64,000 nt of DNA from contig CAVVJT010000007.1 in the NCBI GenBank assembly GCA_963748625.1, positions 1,024,001 to 1,088,000 on the forward strand. The letters run 5' to 3'. Of the stretch, positions 38,831 to 48,880 are shown piece by piece. Numbering within the stretch: position 1 is the first letter of the stretch; every line of letters begins with the position of its first letter. The notes under the pieces were generated by a model. The model was not told the DNA's origin, made no database searches, and saw only the letters and a program-made list of their open reading frames with translations. The position numbers and the translations under genes are program-made. This DNA comes from an uncultured Chloroflexia bacterium. GTDB taxonomy: Bacteria > Chloroflexota > Limnocylindria > Limnocylindrales > CSP1-4.

Positions 38831-40024
38831 ATGGAGGAACCCGTGCGCGCTCGCGAACTCGGCCTGCGGATCGGCCGGATGGCCCCCGGGGAGCACGACG
38901 CCATCACCGACGTTCCGGGGGTCCTGGTCGGCCACACGACGCTCATCTCGGGCGACGGGCCGCTCGTCGTCGGGCAGGGACCGGTCCGCACGGGCGTCAC
39001 GGTGGTCGTCCCGCACGAGGATGCCGTCTTCACCGAGCCCGTCTTCGCGGGCGCCCACCGCCTGAATGGCAATGGCGAGCTCACGGGCCTCGAATGGGTT
39101 CGTGAGTCAGGGCTGCTCGGCGGTGTCATCGGGATCACCAACACCCACTCGGTGGGCGTCGTGCGGGATGCGCTGGTCGCGCACGCGGCGCGCGCCCACG
39201 CGGGCAAGGGCACGTTCTGGTCGCTGCCGGTCGTGGGCGAGACGTATGACGGCGCGCTCAACGACATCAACGGGTTTCACGTGCAACCTGTCCATGTCGA
39301 TGCCGCGCTGGCGGCTGCCGCACGAGGGCCGGTCGCCGAGGGTGGCGTGGGCGGCGGCACCGGGATGATCTGCCACGAGTTCAAGGGCGGCATCGGCACG
39401 GCGTCCCGACGGCTTCCCGATGGCGACGGCGGGTGGACGGTGGGCGCGCTGGTCCAGGCGAACTACGGCTCACGCGAGCTGCTGCGCATCGACGGCGTGC
39501 CGGTTGGCGAGGCGATCCCGCTGTCCGAGCTGCCGAGTCCGTGGGCGCAGGAGGAGGCGATCGACGGCGCCGGCACCACCGACGCTGCCCCGCAGATGTC
39601 CGCGCGGACCGGGCCCAACGGGGGCTCCATCATCGTCGTCGTGGCCACCGATGCACCGCTGCTCGCCCACCAGTGCGAGCGCATCGCCCAGCGGGTCTCG
39701 CTCGGCCTGGCGCGGATGGGCTCGATCGCGTCGAACGGGTCCGGCGACATCTTCATCGCGTTCTCCACCGGCAACCGCGGGCTGTCGGCGTCGGCCTGGG
39801 AGCAGGACGCGCGCAAGCTCATCGATGTGCGGTTCGTGCCGGACAAGGCGCTCTCGCCCCTGTTCCAGGCCACCGTGGAGGCAGCCGAGGCGGCGGTCGT
39901 CAACGCGCTGCTGGCAGGGCGGACCATGGTGGGCCGCGACGGGATCACCGCGCACGAGCTGGACCATGGCCGACTGCTCTCGATCATGGCGGCGTACGGG
40001 CGACCGGCTCGGCCGGGAGCCTGA
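38831..40024 (+). CDS. P1/S58-family aminopeptidase (DmpA-like)
   Basis: ITDVPGV.VGH, RTGVT, NGNGELTG, PVVGETYD, GSIIVVVATDAP, GSGDIF. Confidence 0.93.
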   Translation: MEEPVRARELGLRIGRMAPGEHDAITDVPGVLVGHTTLISGDGPLVVGQGPVRTGVTVVVPHEDAVFTEPVFAGAHRLNGNGELTGLEWVRESGLLGGVIGITNTHSVGVVRDALVAHAARAHAGKGTFWSLPVVGETYDGALNDINGFHVQPVHVDAALAAAARGPVAEGGVGGGTGMICHEFKGGIGTASRRLPDGDGGWTVGALVQANYGSRELLRIDGVPVGEAIPLSELPSPWAQEEAIDGAGTTDAAPQMSARTGPNGGSIIVVVATDAPLLAHQCERIAQRVSLGLARMGSIASNGSGDIFIAFSTGNRGLSASAWEQDARKLIDVRFVPDKALSPLFQATVEAAEAAVVNALLAGRTMVGRDGITAHELDHGRLLSIMAAYGRPARPGA

Positions 40025-40030
40025 TCGGCC

Positions 40031-40904
40031 GTGGTCGATCCGCGCCCGGTCCCGGCCCCCCAGATCCGCCGCGCAACGCTCGAGGACGTCCCAGCCCTGC
40101 GGGCCATCCTCGCCGCGCAGCGGTGACGACGGGCCGGTGGCGCCCGGCTGCGTGGACGTCGTCGGGCCGTACCTGCGGCACCTGGTGACCAACCACGTCG
40201 TGCTGCTGAGCGATGTGGCCGGACGGGCCGTGGCATTCGGGTCGATGGTGGACACCGGGCGTGCCCACATGCTGGGCGACCTGTACGTGCTGCCGGAGCA
40301 CACGGGGCAAGGGGTTGGGCGTCCCCTGCTGGCCGCGCTCTACGGGGATGCGCGGGTCCGCGTCACCCTGTCGTCCGATGACCCGCGCGCCATGCCGCTC
40401 TACATCCGGGCCGGCATGACCCCGCTGTGGGTCAATCTCTACATGGAGGGTCTGCCGGCGCGCCTGCCGGACTCGCTCTCCGCGATCCGGGTGCGAACGG
40501 CGACGCCGGCCGAATGCTGGGAACTCGAGCTCGCATGGACGGGGGCCCACCGCGCCGCAGACCACGAGTTCTGGGCCTCGCAGGGCGGCGCCGACACCTT
40601 CGTTGCGGAGGACGGCGAGGGCGCCGTCGCGTTCGGGTACGCCAGGGCGAAGCAGATCACGATGGCCAGGGCGGTGGACCGGCTGCTGGTCCGCCCAGGA
40701 GCAGATCCCGTTGCCCCCGCGATCGCGGGCATCGCGCGCGCGGCGCGAGGCGGACCCGTCCAGACCTGCATCTTCGGGCCGAACCCGTTGGTCCCGGTCC
40801 TGCTCGAGGCCGGGTTCCGGATCATCGATCACGACCAGTTCCTGGCGTCGGACCCGGCGCTCATCGATCCGCTGCGCCTCCTGCCGAACCCCGGCATGCT
40901 CTGA
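40031..40904 (+). CDS. GNAT-family N-acetyltransferase, frameshift near 40120
   Basis: IRRATLED; LYVLPEHTGQGVGRPLL acetyl-CoA motif; PLYIRAGM. Confidence 0.8.
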
Positions 40905-40979
40905 GCCGTGGCACGGCCCGAATCGCGGCCCGCGTGAACCCCGGCGGCCCCGCGTGACTCCTTCGAAGCAGGAGGGCTG

Positions 40980-41537
40980 ATGGCGGCACCAGTGGACCCG
41001 GTACGGATCGAACGGGCCCGGAAGGGTGATGCCGCCGCATTCGAGGCCCTCGTGGAGGCTCGGGTCGGACCGATGACGCGCACGGCGATGGCGATCCTGG
41101 GGCGGGAGGACGAGGCGCTTGACGCTGTCCAGGACTCGCTCGTCATCGCCTGGCGGGAGCTGGCCTCGCTCCGCGACCCCGCCGCCTTCGACGCCTGGCT
41201 CACCCGGATCCTCGTCAACCGCTGCAAGCGCGGCCTCCGGGGCGTCGTCCGCCAGCGCGTGCGCGAGATCCCCGCCGACCAGGTGGCCGCAACTGCCGAC
41301 GAGCCATCCTCCCTCGACGCCCACGTGACCGGCATCGGCCAGCGCGACGCACTGGAGCGCGCGTTCGAGCGCCTGACCGTGGACGAGCGCACGATCCTGG
41401 TGCTCCACCACCTCGACGGGCGGCCGCTGGCCGAGATCGCCGCCGTGCTCAAGGTCCCGGTGGGAACGGCCAAGTCGCGCCTGTTCGCCGCGCGCCGTTC
41501 GCTCGACCAGGCGCTGGAGCGGGAGGGCGGCCGATGA
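40980..41537 (+). CDS. ECF RNA polymerase sigma factor
   Basis: DAVQDS...W, FDAWLTRILVN (region 2); EIAAVL..PVGTAKSRL (region 4). Confidence 0.93.
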   Translation: MAAPVDPVRIERARKGDAAAFEALVEARVGPMTRTAMAILGREDEALDAVQDSLVIAWRELASLRDPAAFDAWLTRILVNRCKRGLRGVVRQRVREIPADQVAATADEPSSLDAHVTGIGQRDALERAFERLTVDERTILVLHHLDGRPLAEIAAVLKVPVGTAKSRLFAARRSLDQALEREGGR

Positions 41538-43714
41538 CGTCCGGCGACGGGCGCTCCACACCTGCCGGCGAGCCCATCACGCCCGATGGCGAGCGATTCG
41601 CCGTCTCCGACGATGCCCTGGATGCGATGCTCGAGGCCCGCGCCGGCCGCATGGCAGCGGGCGCGGCCGACACCGTCCGGTCGCGCGTCCGCGCCGACCT
41701 GCACGAGCGACGGCCGGGCGGGATCCTGGGCTTCCTGCCGATCGGCGACCGTGCCGGATCGATGAGCGGGTGGGCCGGCTGGGGGGTGGCGATCGCGGCG
41801 GCGGTGCTGGTGATCGCGGTGCTGGGCGGGCGCCCGACCGAGGATCCGGCCGCGACCTCGTCGCCTCCGGGTTCCCCTGGCCCGTCGGCATCCCTGGAGG
41901 CTGAGCTCGGGGAGACCGTCGAGCGGCTGGAGGGGGCAGCGTTCGCGCTGGCCGTGGCCGACGGCACCCTGGACGGGCAGATCGTCCTCGTGAATGGCAG
42001 TCTCGAGCCGGGAGCCGTCTGCGCGGTCGACCGGTGTCCACCTCCCTACTCGTTCACCGGCCTCCCGGGGATCCCAGTGGACTGGAACGGGCCGGTCGAG
42101 TCGGCCCTCGTGTCCCCTACGAGCACCCCGGTTCCAGGCGTCTACGACTGGTGGGACGGCCCGTTCCTTGTCCGGCCCGGCGATGGCCGCCTGGAGCTCC
42201 TCGGCTACCTGGCGGGCGTCCTGCACAACCCGGTATCCGTGCAGGAGGCGCTCGTGGACCGGCGCGGCTACCCCAACGCGTCGAGCCCGTTCGACATCCT
42301 GCCCGTGGACGGCTACCTGGTCGATGCCTGCAGTGGAGCCAAGCAGCCCTGCGACGGGCTCGGACCACTCCTGAGCGACACCTTCCCACCGGCGAGTGAC
42401 GGCAGCGGCCAGGGTGCGGTCGCGGTGCTTGAGCCTGCGCCTTCACCGGGCGCCAGCGGCATCGTCGAGGGCCCGTTCCTCGTCCGCTTCGAGCAGAAGG
42501 TCGTCACCGGGGCGTGCAGCCGCATGGACCAGTGCTCCAGCGCCGGCTGGGGCATGAACCCCACCGTCATCGGCCAGTACCGGGCCCAGGACATCGTCCG
42601 GGTCGACCTGCCTGCCGTGGAGAGCCCCTCGTCGCAGCCCTCACCGACGCCGTCGTCGAGCCCCTCGCCAGTAGTGAGCGAGCCATCGCCCCGCGAGACC
42701 TTCGCCGAGGACCAGGTGTCGCCCGCCCTCATGGCCCAGCCCGGCGCGATGACGATCGCGGCCATCGAGGAGGAGGCGGCCGGGGCGTGGATCCTCGTCC
42801 TCACGGTGGCACGCCAGGGCAGACCGGTCGTCAGCGGCAGCTTCGACCTCCCGGTCCCGGCAGGCTGGGAGCCCCAGGACCCCGCGGAGATCCGGATCTC
42901 GGCCGATGGCTGGGTGGCCCTCGGGATCAGCGCCATCGAAGCGCGCGACGACAACGCGATCTTGACCGACAACGCGACCATGACCGTGGACCTGTTCGGG
43001 AACGGCGGCAGGTCGGGCGCGATCCCCGGCTCGGCGCCGTTGTGGCTGCCCGACGGGGCCCTGCTCTTCACGATACAGGCGCGCCTCGACGGCGATTGGC
43101 TTGAGGTCGCGCGCCGGATCCCGGACCATGGGCTGGGCACGCCGGTGGACCTCGTCCTCCCCGACGCGCCGCCCTGGCCGTGGTTCCCCGGGCACTACGT
43201 CGTGGAGGGCGACGGCTCCGGCATCCTCGCCACGAAGGACGAGGACCCGGTCTCGATGACGATCCGCTGGGACGGGACCATGGTGGAGCGCGACGCAGGT
43301 GCGCCGCCGTACCTGGACCTCGGGGCGGAGCGGTGGGCAGGAGCCGACGGCGCGATCGTCGTGCACTGCGGGTTCGACACGTGCCCGGCGGAGTGGCGCC
43401 GGCCCGACGGCTCGCGGCTTCCGTACCCGTTCCTGGAGCAGGCGACCGCCTGGCTCCCCGATGGGTCGGCGTTGCTCGTCCTGGACGATGGCGATCTCAA
43501 GGTGGTCCGGGACGAGGGTGGGGATGCGCTCACGGTGCGCACGATCGGCAGCGCGCCCGCCGACGGGCTGCAGGGCGACAGCTTCGCCATCACCGGTATC
43601 ACCGATTGGGCCGCGGCGATCGAGGGCGACGACAGCATGGTGACCCTGGTGCCGCTCGACGGGTCAGCGCCGGTCGGCCCGTTCGCGGGGACGCTTGCCG
43701 CCGTCTGGCGCTGA
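41534..43714 (+). CDS. putative anti-sigma factor, single TM with large extracytoplasmic domain
   Basis: ATGA overlap with the sigma gene, short cytoplasmic N-terminus, one TM helix, Cys pairs and beta-rich C-terminus. Confidence 0.7.
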   Translation: MTSGDGRSTPAGEPITPDGERFAVSDDALDAMLEARAGRMAAGAADTVRSRVRADLHERRPGGILGFLPIGDRAGSMSGWAGWGVAIAAAVLVIAVLGGRPTEDPAATSSPPGSPGPSASLEAELGETVERLEGAAFALAVADGTLDGQIVLVNGSLEPGAVCAVDRCPPPYSFTGLPGIPVDWNGPVESALVSPTSTPVPGVYDWWDGPFLVRPGDGRLELLGYLAGVLHNPVSVQEALVDRRGYPNASSPFDILPVDGYLVDACSGAKQPCDGLGPLLSDTFPPASDGSGQGAVAVLEPAPSPGASGIVEGPFLVRFEQKVVTGACSRMDQCSSAGWGMNPTVIGQYRAQDIVRVDLPAVESPSSQPSPTPSSSPSPVVSEPSPRETFAEDQVSPALMAQPGAMTIAAIEEEAAGAWILVLTVARQGRPVVSGSFDLPVPAGWEPQDPAEIRISADGWVALGISAIEARDDNAILTDNATMTVDLFGNGGRSGAIPGSAPLWLPDGALLFTIQARLDGDWLEVARRIPDHGLGTPVDLVLPDAPPWPWFPGHYVVEGDGSGILATKDEDPVSMTIRWDGTMVERDAGAPPYLDLGAERWAGADGAIVVHCGFDTCPAEWRRPDGSRLPYPFLEQATAWLPDGSALLVLDDGDLKVVRDEGGDALTVRTIGSAPADGLQGDSFAITGITDWAAAIEGDDSMVTLVPLDGSAPVGPFAGTLAAVWR

Positions 43715-43742
43715 CCAGTCGCGTTCGCCCCCGGGTGGCCGG

Positions 43743-44372
43743 TCAGCCTTCGAGGGCAGCCTGCCCTTTTGGAGTGAGCCGGTAGACGCCCCGGTCCACT
43801 CGCTCGAACCAGCCGTAGACGTCGTCGCGGAGGATCGGTCCCGCATTGGGAGCCTCGGCGGCGGCCCGGACGTCGCGGACCCGGGCCTCGCCGCCGGCCT
43901 CCGCCAGCGCTCGCGCGATCCGGATCGCCGCCTGGCGGTAGGCGGTCATGATCGGCTGACGCGTCGAGCCGCCGGTGGTGGGGTCGCCAACCCGCCGGCG
44001 GTGCTCGCCCAGCAGCCTGGTCGTCCGCTTCCGGTCCCGCCGCGGCTGGTAGGGCACCGGGTCAACTACCACGTCAGCATGCTGCCCTGTTACCACGATG
44101 AGGCCCAGGCCCAGCCGCCGGCACAGCCGCCGGGCCTCCGCCTCCTGCGCCGGCCAAGCCCCCACCGCCACGTACACGGCATCGGTCATGGCGAACCGGT
44201 CCAGCGCCTGGTAGACGACGCCCAGACCGAACGTCCGCTTGAGCTCCACGATCACCGGTGGCTCGTCGCCGCGGACGGCCACCAGGTCACAGCCCCGGAC
44301 CTCGCCCTTGACCTCGTACCCCTGGGACTCCAGCAGCGCCTTGACCGGCGCGTAGAGCGCGGTCTCCGGCAC
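43743..44372 (-). CDS. DUF2161-family putative PD-(D/E)XK phosphodiesterase
   Basis: ETALYAPVK, GYEVKGEV..CD, VELK, GDPTTGG, MTAYRQ, YGWFERV.RGVY. Confidence 0.9.
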   Translation of the reverse strand: MPETALYAPVKALLESQGYEVKGEVRGCDLVAVRGDEPPVIVELKRTFGLGVVYQALDRFAMTDAVYVAVGAWPAQEAEARRLCRRLGLGLIVVTGQHADVVVDPVPYQPRRDRKRTTRLLGEHRRRVGDPTTGGSTRQPIMTAYRQAAIRIARALAEAGGEARVRDVRAAAEAPNAGPILRDDVYGWFERVDRGVYRLTPKGQAALEG

Positions 44373-44415
44373 GGGTGTAGTCCGGGGACTCCGCGCCGGC
44401 ATCGGGGTCGGAGCC

Positions 44416-44859
44416 TCAGCCCCCGCCGAAGGGGCGGTCGCGCCTCGCGAACTCGTCGAGCGCCTCCCGGCAGGCCCGGACCTCGCGTTGCGCCTGCTGG
44501 ACGATCCACGGGTCCACGCGCGACGAGTCCTCGAGCGTGACCTCGGGTCCGCGCGCGCCATCGGCAAGCACGATCCCCGACGAGTTTCGGTAGTCCGACA
44601 TCCAGTTCGACTGGAGCGCAACCAGCACGTCCACGACGACCCGCCGCGAGAACAGCCAGTCCACGTAGGCCGCGTTCAGCCGGTCCACGAGGTCGTCTAC
44701 GCGCACGGGGCGGCCGCGCTCCATCCGCGCGACAGCGTCGATCACGCGCGCGGCGGCGAACGGGTCGCCCGATTCGGCGATGACGGGCGGGTTCGGAAGG
44801 TCGGTGGGCATCCCGGCAGGGGCAGGGCGGCGGCCGGGCGCGCCGGGTTCGGTGGTCAT
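44416..44859 (-). CDS. hypothetical protein
   Basis: TAGCAT-N6-ATG; co-oriented with the DUF2161 gene. Confidence 0.75.
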   Translation of the reverse strand: MTTEPGAPGRRPAPAGMPTDLPNPPVIAESGDPFAAARVIDAVARMERGRPVRVDDLVDRLNAAYVDWLFSRRVVVDVLVALQSNWMSDYRNSSGIVLADGARGPEVTLEDSSRVDPWIVQQAQREVRACREALDEFARRDRPFGGG

Positions 44860-44941
44860 GGCTCGATGCTACCGGCAATCGCGCGGGCTACGATCCGCCC
44901 ATGCGGACGCTCGGACGTCCGGCCCACGACCCGGAGGAGCG

Positions 44942-45619
44942 ATGGCGCGCGCGGCGAAACGGCGGCCCGAGCCTCCCCGCGATCTCGACCTGCCGGAGCT
45001 CACCCCGTTTGCCGGCGACCTCGAGCCCTCCGGTGACTACGACGGCATGTCCTTTGTCGACCGCGACCTCGCGTTCGCGGGGGCGGCCGGTGCGACCTTC
45101 AGCGCCTGCTGCATCGGGCGCTGCCGCCTGGACGACGCGACCTTCGCCGACGGGCACCTGATCGAATGCCTGCTGGTCGAGGTGGGCGCATCGGGCATCG
45201 ACATGGCCGGGACGACCTGGCGGGACGTGATCCTCGACAGCCCGCGGATCGGCGCGCTCACGGCCGTCCGGGCCGAGTGGTCGTCAGTCCGGATCCGCGG
45301 CGGGAAGATCGACTTCCTGGTGCTCGCGGGAGCCAGGCTGGACGATGTCGTGTTCGAGGACTGCGCGATCGGCGAATTGGATCTCGGCGATGCCCGGCTG
45401 CGCAACGTCATGTTCAGCGGGTGCCGGGTGGGCGTGCTCGACGTCGAGGCGGCGCTCCTGGCCGACGTTGACCTGTCCGGTGCCCGGCTGCAGACCATCC
45501 GGGGCGTGGGCTCGCTGCGCGGTGCGACCGTCTCGGCGAGCCAGCTGGTGGAGATGGGCCCGCTGCTGGCGGCCCACCTGGGGATCCGCGTCGAGGACGG
45601 CGGATCGGAGACCGGCTAG
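44942..45619 (+). CDS. pentapeptide repeat protein
   Basis: GGAGG SD; A-x-L/F five-residue periodicity (ARLDD, VVFED, ARLRN, VDLSG). Confidence 0.88.
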   Translation: MARAAKRRPEPPRDLDLPELTPFAGDLEPSGDYDGMSFVDRDLAFAGAAGATFSACCIGRCRLDDATFADGHLIECLLVEVGASGIDMAGTTWRDVILDSPRIGALTAVRAEWSSVRIRGGKIDFLVLAGARLDDVVFEDCAIGELDLGDARLRNVMFSGCRVGVLDVEAALLADVDLSGARLQTIRGVGSLRGATVSASQLVEMGPLLAAHLGIRVEDGGSETG

Positions 45620-45990
45620 CGGTCGGCCGGGTCGGCCCCGGGCCCGGCACGGGCTTCCGCGTCAGCACCGGATTCCGGGTCGGCACGGGCTGCCGCGTCA
45701 GCGTCGGCTGTGGCATCGGCACCGGCATCGGCCATTTCGTCTGGCAATGACACTCCGGGCATCGAGATGTGGATGAGCGACCCGTCCCCGGCGGGCATCG
45801 GGGCGTCCGGCCGGGCATGGTGCACCAGCTCCTGCGACGGCGGCATCGTCCGGAGCACCTGCTGCTCGAACCCGAACAGCACGCCGCCGATGCTCTGCCC
45901 CAGCGACTCCTTGCGACGCTTCTTCAGCGGCTCCGCGGACACGTCCGGCCCCGGCTCAACGCCGTCGTTGAACTCGTCGGCCTCGCTCAT
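45616..45990 (-). CDS. hypothetical protein with low-complexity tail
   Basis: CATGAT-N6-ATG; 36-bp internal duplication at 45645-45702. Confidence 0.6.
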   Translation of the reverse strand: MSEADEFNDGVEPGPDVSAEPLKKRRKESLGQSIGGVLFGFEQQVLRTMPPSQELVHHARPDAPMPAGDGSLIHISMPGVSLPDEMADAGADATADADAAARADPESGADAEARAGPGADPADR

Positions 45991-46330
45991 GACGACATCA
46001 TGACAGTTGCGACGTTGTCGCCCGCCAGCGGTGGGGTGACGGGCCGGTCAGGTTTGGACATGCGCGGTGGCCTCCCGACCCGGAAAGCGCTCGGTCCTGC
46101 CGGGCAGGGACCGGCAACCAGGACGCCGGGCGCCGGTCCGCATCCCGCCCACCGGGCACTGTGTACTGGATTCCGCGCAGATCGCCCGCTGCGAGGGAGG
46201 ATCGCCCTCGCGTGCGCGGATTCCGGCCCTGTCCGCCCGCTGGACGGGACGCCTGCGCGGAATGATGCGCGCAAGGCCCGCCAGGCGGGAGGCCCGCCCC
46301 CCGGGGCGTTCGATGCCCGCCCGGGGCCTC

Positions 46331-46395
46331 CGCCGGACAACGAGCCTGCCGCCGGACAACGAGCCTGCCCCCCCGGCGGCGAACCACCGGGGGGC
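46331..46395. repeat. 19-bp tandem duplication abutting a UUCG-loop hairpin downstream of kamA
   Basis: CGCCGGACAACGAGCCTGC x2 (46331-46368); minus-strand CCCCCCGGTGG-TTCG-CCGCCGGGGGG. Confidence 0.8.
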
Positions 46396-46424
46396 GCGTG
46401 TGTCAGCAGGAACCAGGAGCGCGC

Positions 46425-47891
46425 CTACGGCTCCTCGACCACCGGCAGCTGCTTGGGCGACTCGACCGCCTGGCCGGCGATCGCCCCCACGCCCAGCGGC
46501 ACCCACTTCGACGGATCCTGGAGCCGGTGTCCATCGGTGGAGCCGCGGGTGTGCGTCTCCGCGAATCCCGCGGGCTCGATCCACATCCGCTTGCCGTCGA
46601 GCAGGCCGGTGATGCCCTCCTGGCCCGGCTCCGGGCGCGGGTTCTGGCAGTACTGGCAGCCGCGAGGGTCGTGCGCCACGTAGTCGGTCGGCTCCTCGTA
46701 CGTGGTGATGTAGCCCTCGTAGTTGCGCAGGATCACCTTGTGGTCGGAGTACGACACGAGGTAGTTGGGCATGACCGGGATCTTCCCACCGCCGCCGGGC
46801 GCATCGACGATGTACTGCGGCACCGCGTACCCGGACGTGTGCCCGCGCAGGCCCTCGATGATCTCGAGCCCCTTGCCCACCGGCGTCCGGAAGTGCCCGG
46901 CGCCTTCGACGAGGTCGCACTGGTAGAGGTAGTACGGGCGGACCCGGTTCTCCACCAGCCGCTGCACCAGCTCGCGCTGGGTGTGCACGCAGTCGTTGAC
47001 CCCGGCCAGGAGCACGGACTGGTTGCCCAGCGGGATGCCCGCGCGCGCGAGCTTGTCGCATGCCCGCGACAGCTCGGGCGTGATCTCGTTGGGATGGTTG
47101 ACGTGGATGTTCAGCCACAGCGGGTGGTACTTCGCGAGCATCTCGCACAACTCGTCGTCGATGCGCTGGGGCATGAACACCGGCACGCGGGACCCGATGC
47201 GCACGATCTCGACGTGCGGGATGTCGCGCAGGCCGCGCAGGGCGGACTCGAGCAGCTTCGGAGCCAGGGTGAGGCCATCGCCGCCGCTGATCAGCACGTC
47301 GCGGATCTGCGGGTTGTTGCGGATGTATTCGAGCTGGGCCTCGTGCTCCTTGCGGTTGAAGTTCTGGGACGGGTCGCCCACGATCCGCGACCGCGTGCAG
47401 TACCGGCAGTAGACCGCGCACTGGGTGGTGATCAGCATGAGGACGCGGTCCGGGTAGCGGTGCACGAGGCCGGGCACCGGCGAGTGGCGGTCCTCGGCGA
47501 GCGAGTCCTCCATCATCCCGGTGAACGCCTGGAGCTCACGGCCCAACGGAATCGTCTGGCGGCGGATCGGGTCGGTGGGATCGTCGGGATCGATGAGCGA
47601 GAGGAAGTACGGCGTGATGTCCACCCGGAACTTGTCCGGGGCGGAGAGGCCCTCACGCTCCTCGTCGGTCAGGTTGAGGACCTTCTCGAAGTCCGCGAGA
47701 TCATTGACGCGGTTCGAGAGCTGCCAGCGCCAGTCGTTCCACTTCTCGTCCGGCACGTCCGCCCAGATCGACGCGCGACGGCTGACCGCCGGCTTGCCAT
47801 CGGGACCCAGGCGCTTGGCGGGGTCGCGCGGGTTCACCCAGACCGGCTCCACCGCCGTCTGCCCGCCGGTTCCTTCAGCCTGCTCTACCAC
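46425..47891 (-). CDS. kamA: lysine 2,3-aminomutase (radical SAM)
   Basis: WNDWRWQ, HRYPDRVL, CAVYCRYC, SGGD, NQSVLL.GVND, GLRGHTSG, DAPGGGGKIP. Confidence 0.93.
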   Translation of the reverse strand: MVEQAEGTGGQTAVEPVWVNPRDPAKRLGPDGKPAVSRRASIWADVPDEKWNDWRWQLSNRVNDLADFEKVLNLTDEEREGLSAPDKFRVDITPYFLSLIDPDDPTDPIRRQTIPLGRELQAFTGMMEDSLAEDRHSPVPGLVHRYPDRVLMLITTQCAVYCRYCTRSRIVGDPSQNFNRKEHEAQLEYIRNNPQIRDVLISGGDGLTLAPKLLESALRGLRDIPHVEIVRIGSRVPVFMPQRIDDELCEMLAKYHPLWLNIHVNHPNEITPELSRACDKLARAGIPLGNQSVLLAGVNDCVHTQRELVQRLVENRVRPYYLYQCDLVEGAGHFRTPVGKGLEIIEGLRGHTSGYAVPQYIVDAPGGGGKIPVMPNYLVSYSDHKVILRNYEGYITTYEEPTDYVAHDPRGCQYCQNPRPEPGQEGITGLLDGKRMWIEPAGFAETHTRGSTDGHRLQDPSKWVPLGVGAIAGQAVESPKQLPVVEEP

Positions 47892-48130
47892 CTGCCGAAC
47901 CTCCCGCTTGGCCGCCGTACCGGGTCAAGGCCCGACGAGGGTCAACGCATAAATCCTATGCACTCTGAATGGAGCGCGATCATAGCGGCTGGCGCCCAGT
48001 GCGTCCATGGTGTGCAGCATGGCGCATTTGACCGATGGCGGACAGGACCTTCGACGCCGTAGAGTGCGGTCCTCCGCCGGGGGATCCGCTTCGAGGCGAC
48101 GGCGGCGCACGTACGGAAAGGACACATTCC

Positions 48131-48805
48131 ATGATCGACAACCGACGCCTGCTCGCCGGCGCCCTGGGCCTGACCCTCATCCTCGCCGCCTGTGGCGGAT
48201 CAGGATCGACCGGCTCGAATGGCGGCACGGACGCCACGGAGGCCCCGGCTGCGACCCAGGATGCGGGCGGTGAGGCAACCGAGGCAACCGAGGCTCCCGA
48301 GCCGACCGGGATGCCCGCCGAGGAGACCGAGGAGCCGGGCGAGGAGGTCACCGAGGACCCGTCGGCAGTCACCGGGCTCGCCGCGACCCTGCCCGAGAAG
48401 ATCAAGGGCGTGACCATGCAGCGCATGGGTTTCGACGGCGACCAGTTCGGCATGTTCGGTGCGGCTGCCGGCCTCAGTGACGAGGACCTCGGCAAGATCC
48501 TCAAGGACAACGGCAAGACCCTCAACGACTTCAACCTCGCCATCGCCACCCCGGCCGACAGCAGCGCGTCGCTCAGCGCGATGATCTACGCGATGCAGAT
48601 CGAGGGCGTCCCCGCCGAGACGTGGGCAGCGGATATGGCCTCCGACTTCGACCTGTCGAAGTCGATCACGGTCGGCGGCAAGAAGGTCTTCGGCGACCTG
48701 TCCACTCCGTTCGGGGTGATCGTCTACCCGACTGGCGACACGCTCTACATGCTCCTGCTGGTCGACCAGGCCACCGCGGAGGACGTCCTCTCGCAGCTGC
48801 CCTGA
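48131..48805 (+). CDS. hypothetical lipoprotein
   Basis: AAAGGA SD, lipobox LAAC, acidic linker. Confidence 0.85.
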   Translation: MIDNRRLLAGALGLTLILAACGGSGSTGSNGGTDATEAPAATQDAGGEATEATEAPEPTGMPAEETEEPGEEVTEDPSAVTGLAATLPEKIKGVTMQRMGFDGDQFGMFGAAAGLSDEDLGKILKDNGKTLNDFNLAIATPADSSASLSAMIYAMQIEGVPAETWAADMASDFDLSKSITVGGKKVFGDLSTPFGVIVYPTGDTLYMLLLVDQATAEDVLSQLP

Positions 48806-48832
48806 TCGTCAGCCCTCGACGGCAGACACCGG

Positions 48833-48868
48833 ACGCCGGCGGTCACGCACCGCCGGCGTTTCGATTCC
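48833..48868 (+). terminator. intrinsic terminator-like hairpin
   Basis: ACGCCGGCGGT-CACGC-ACCGCCGGCGT then TTCGATTC, between convergent genes. Confidence 0.65.
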
Positions 48869-48880
48869 CGGTCCGCTCCA

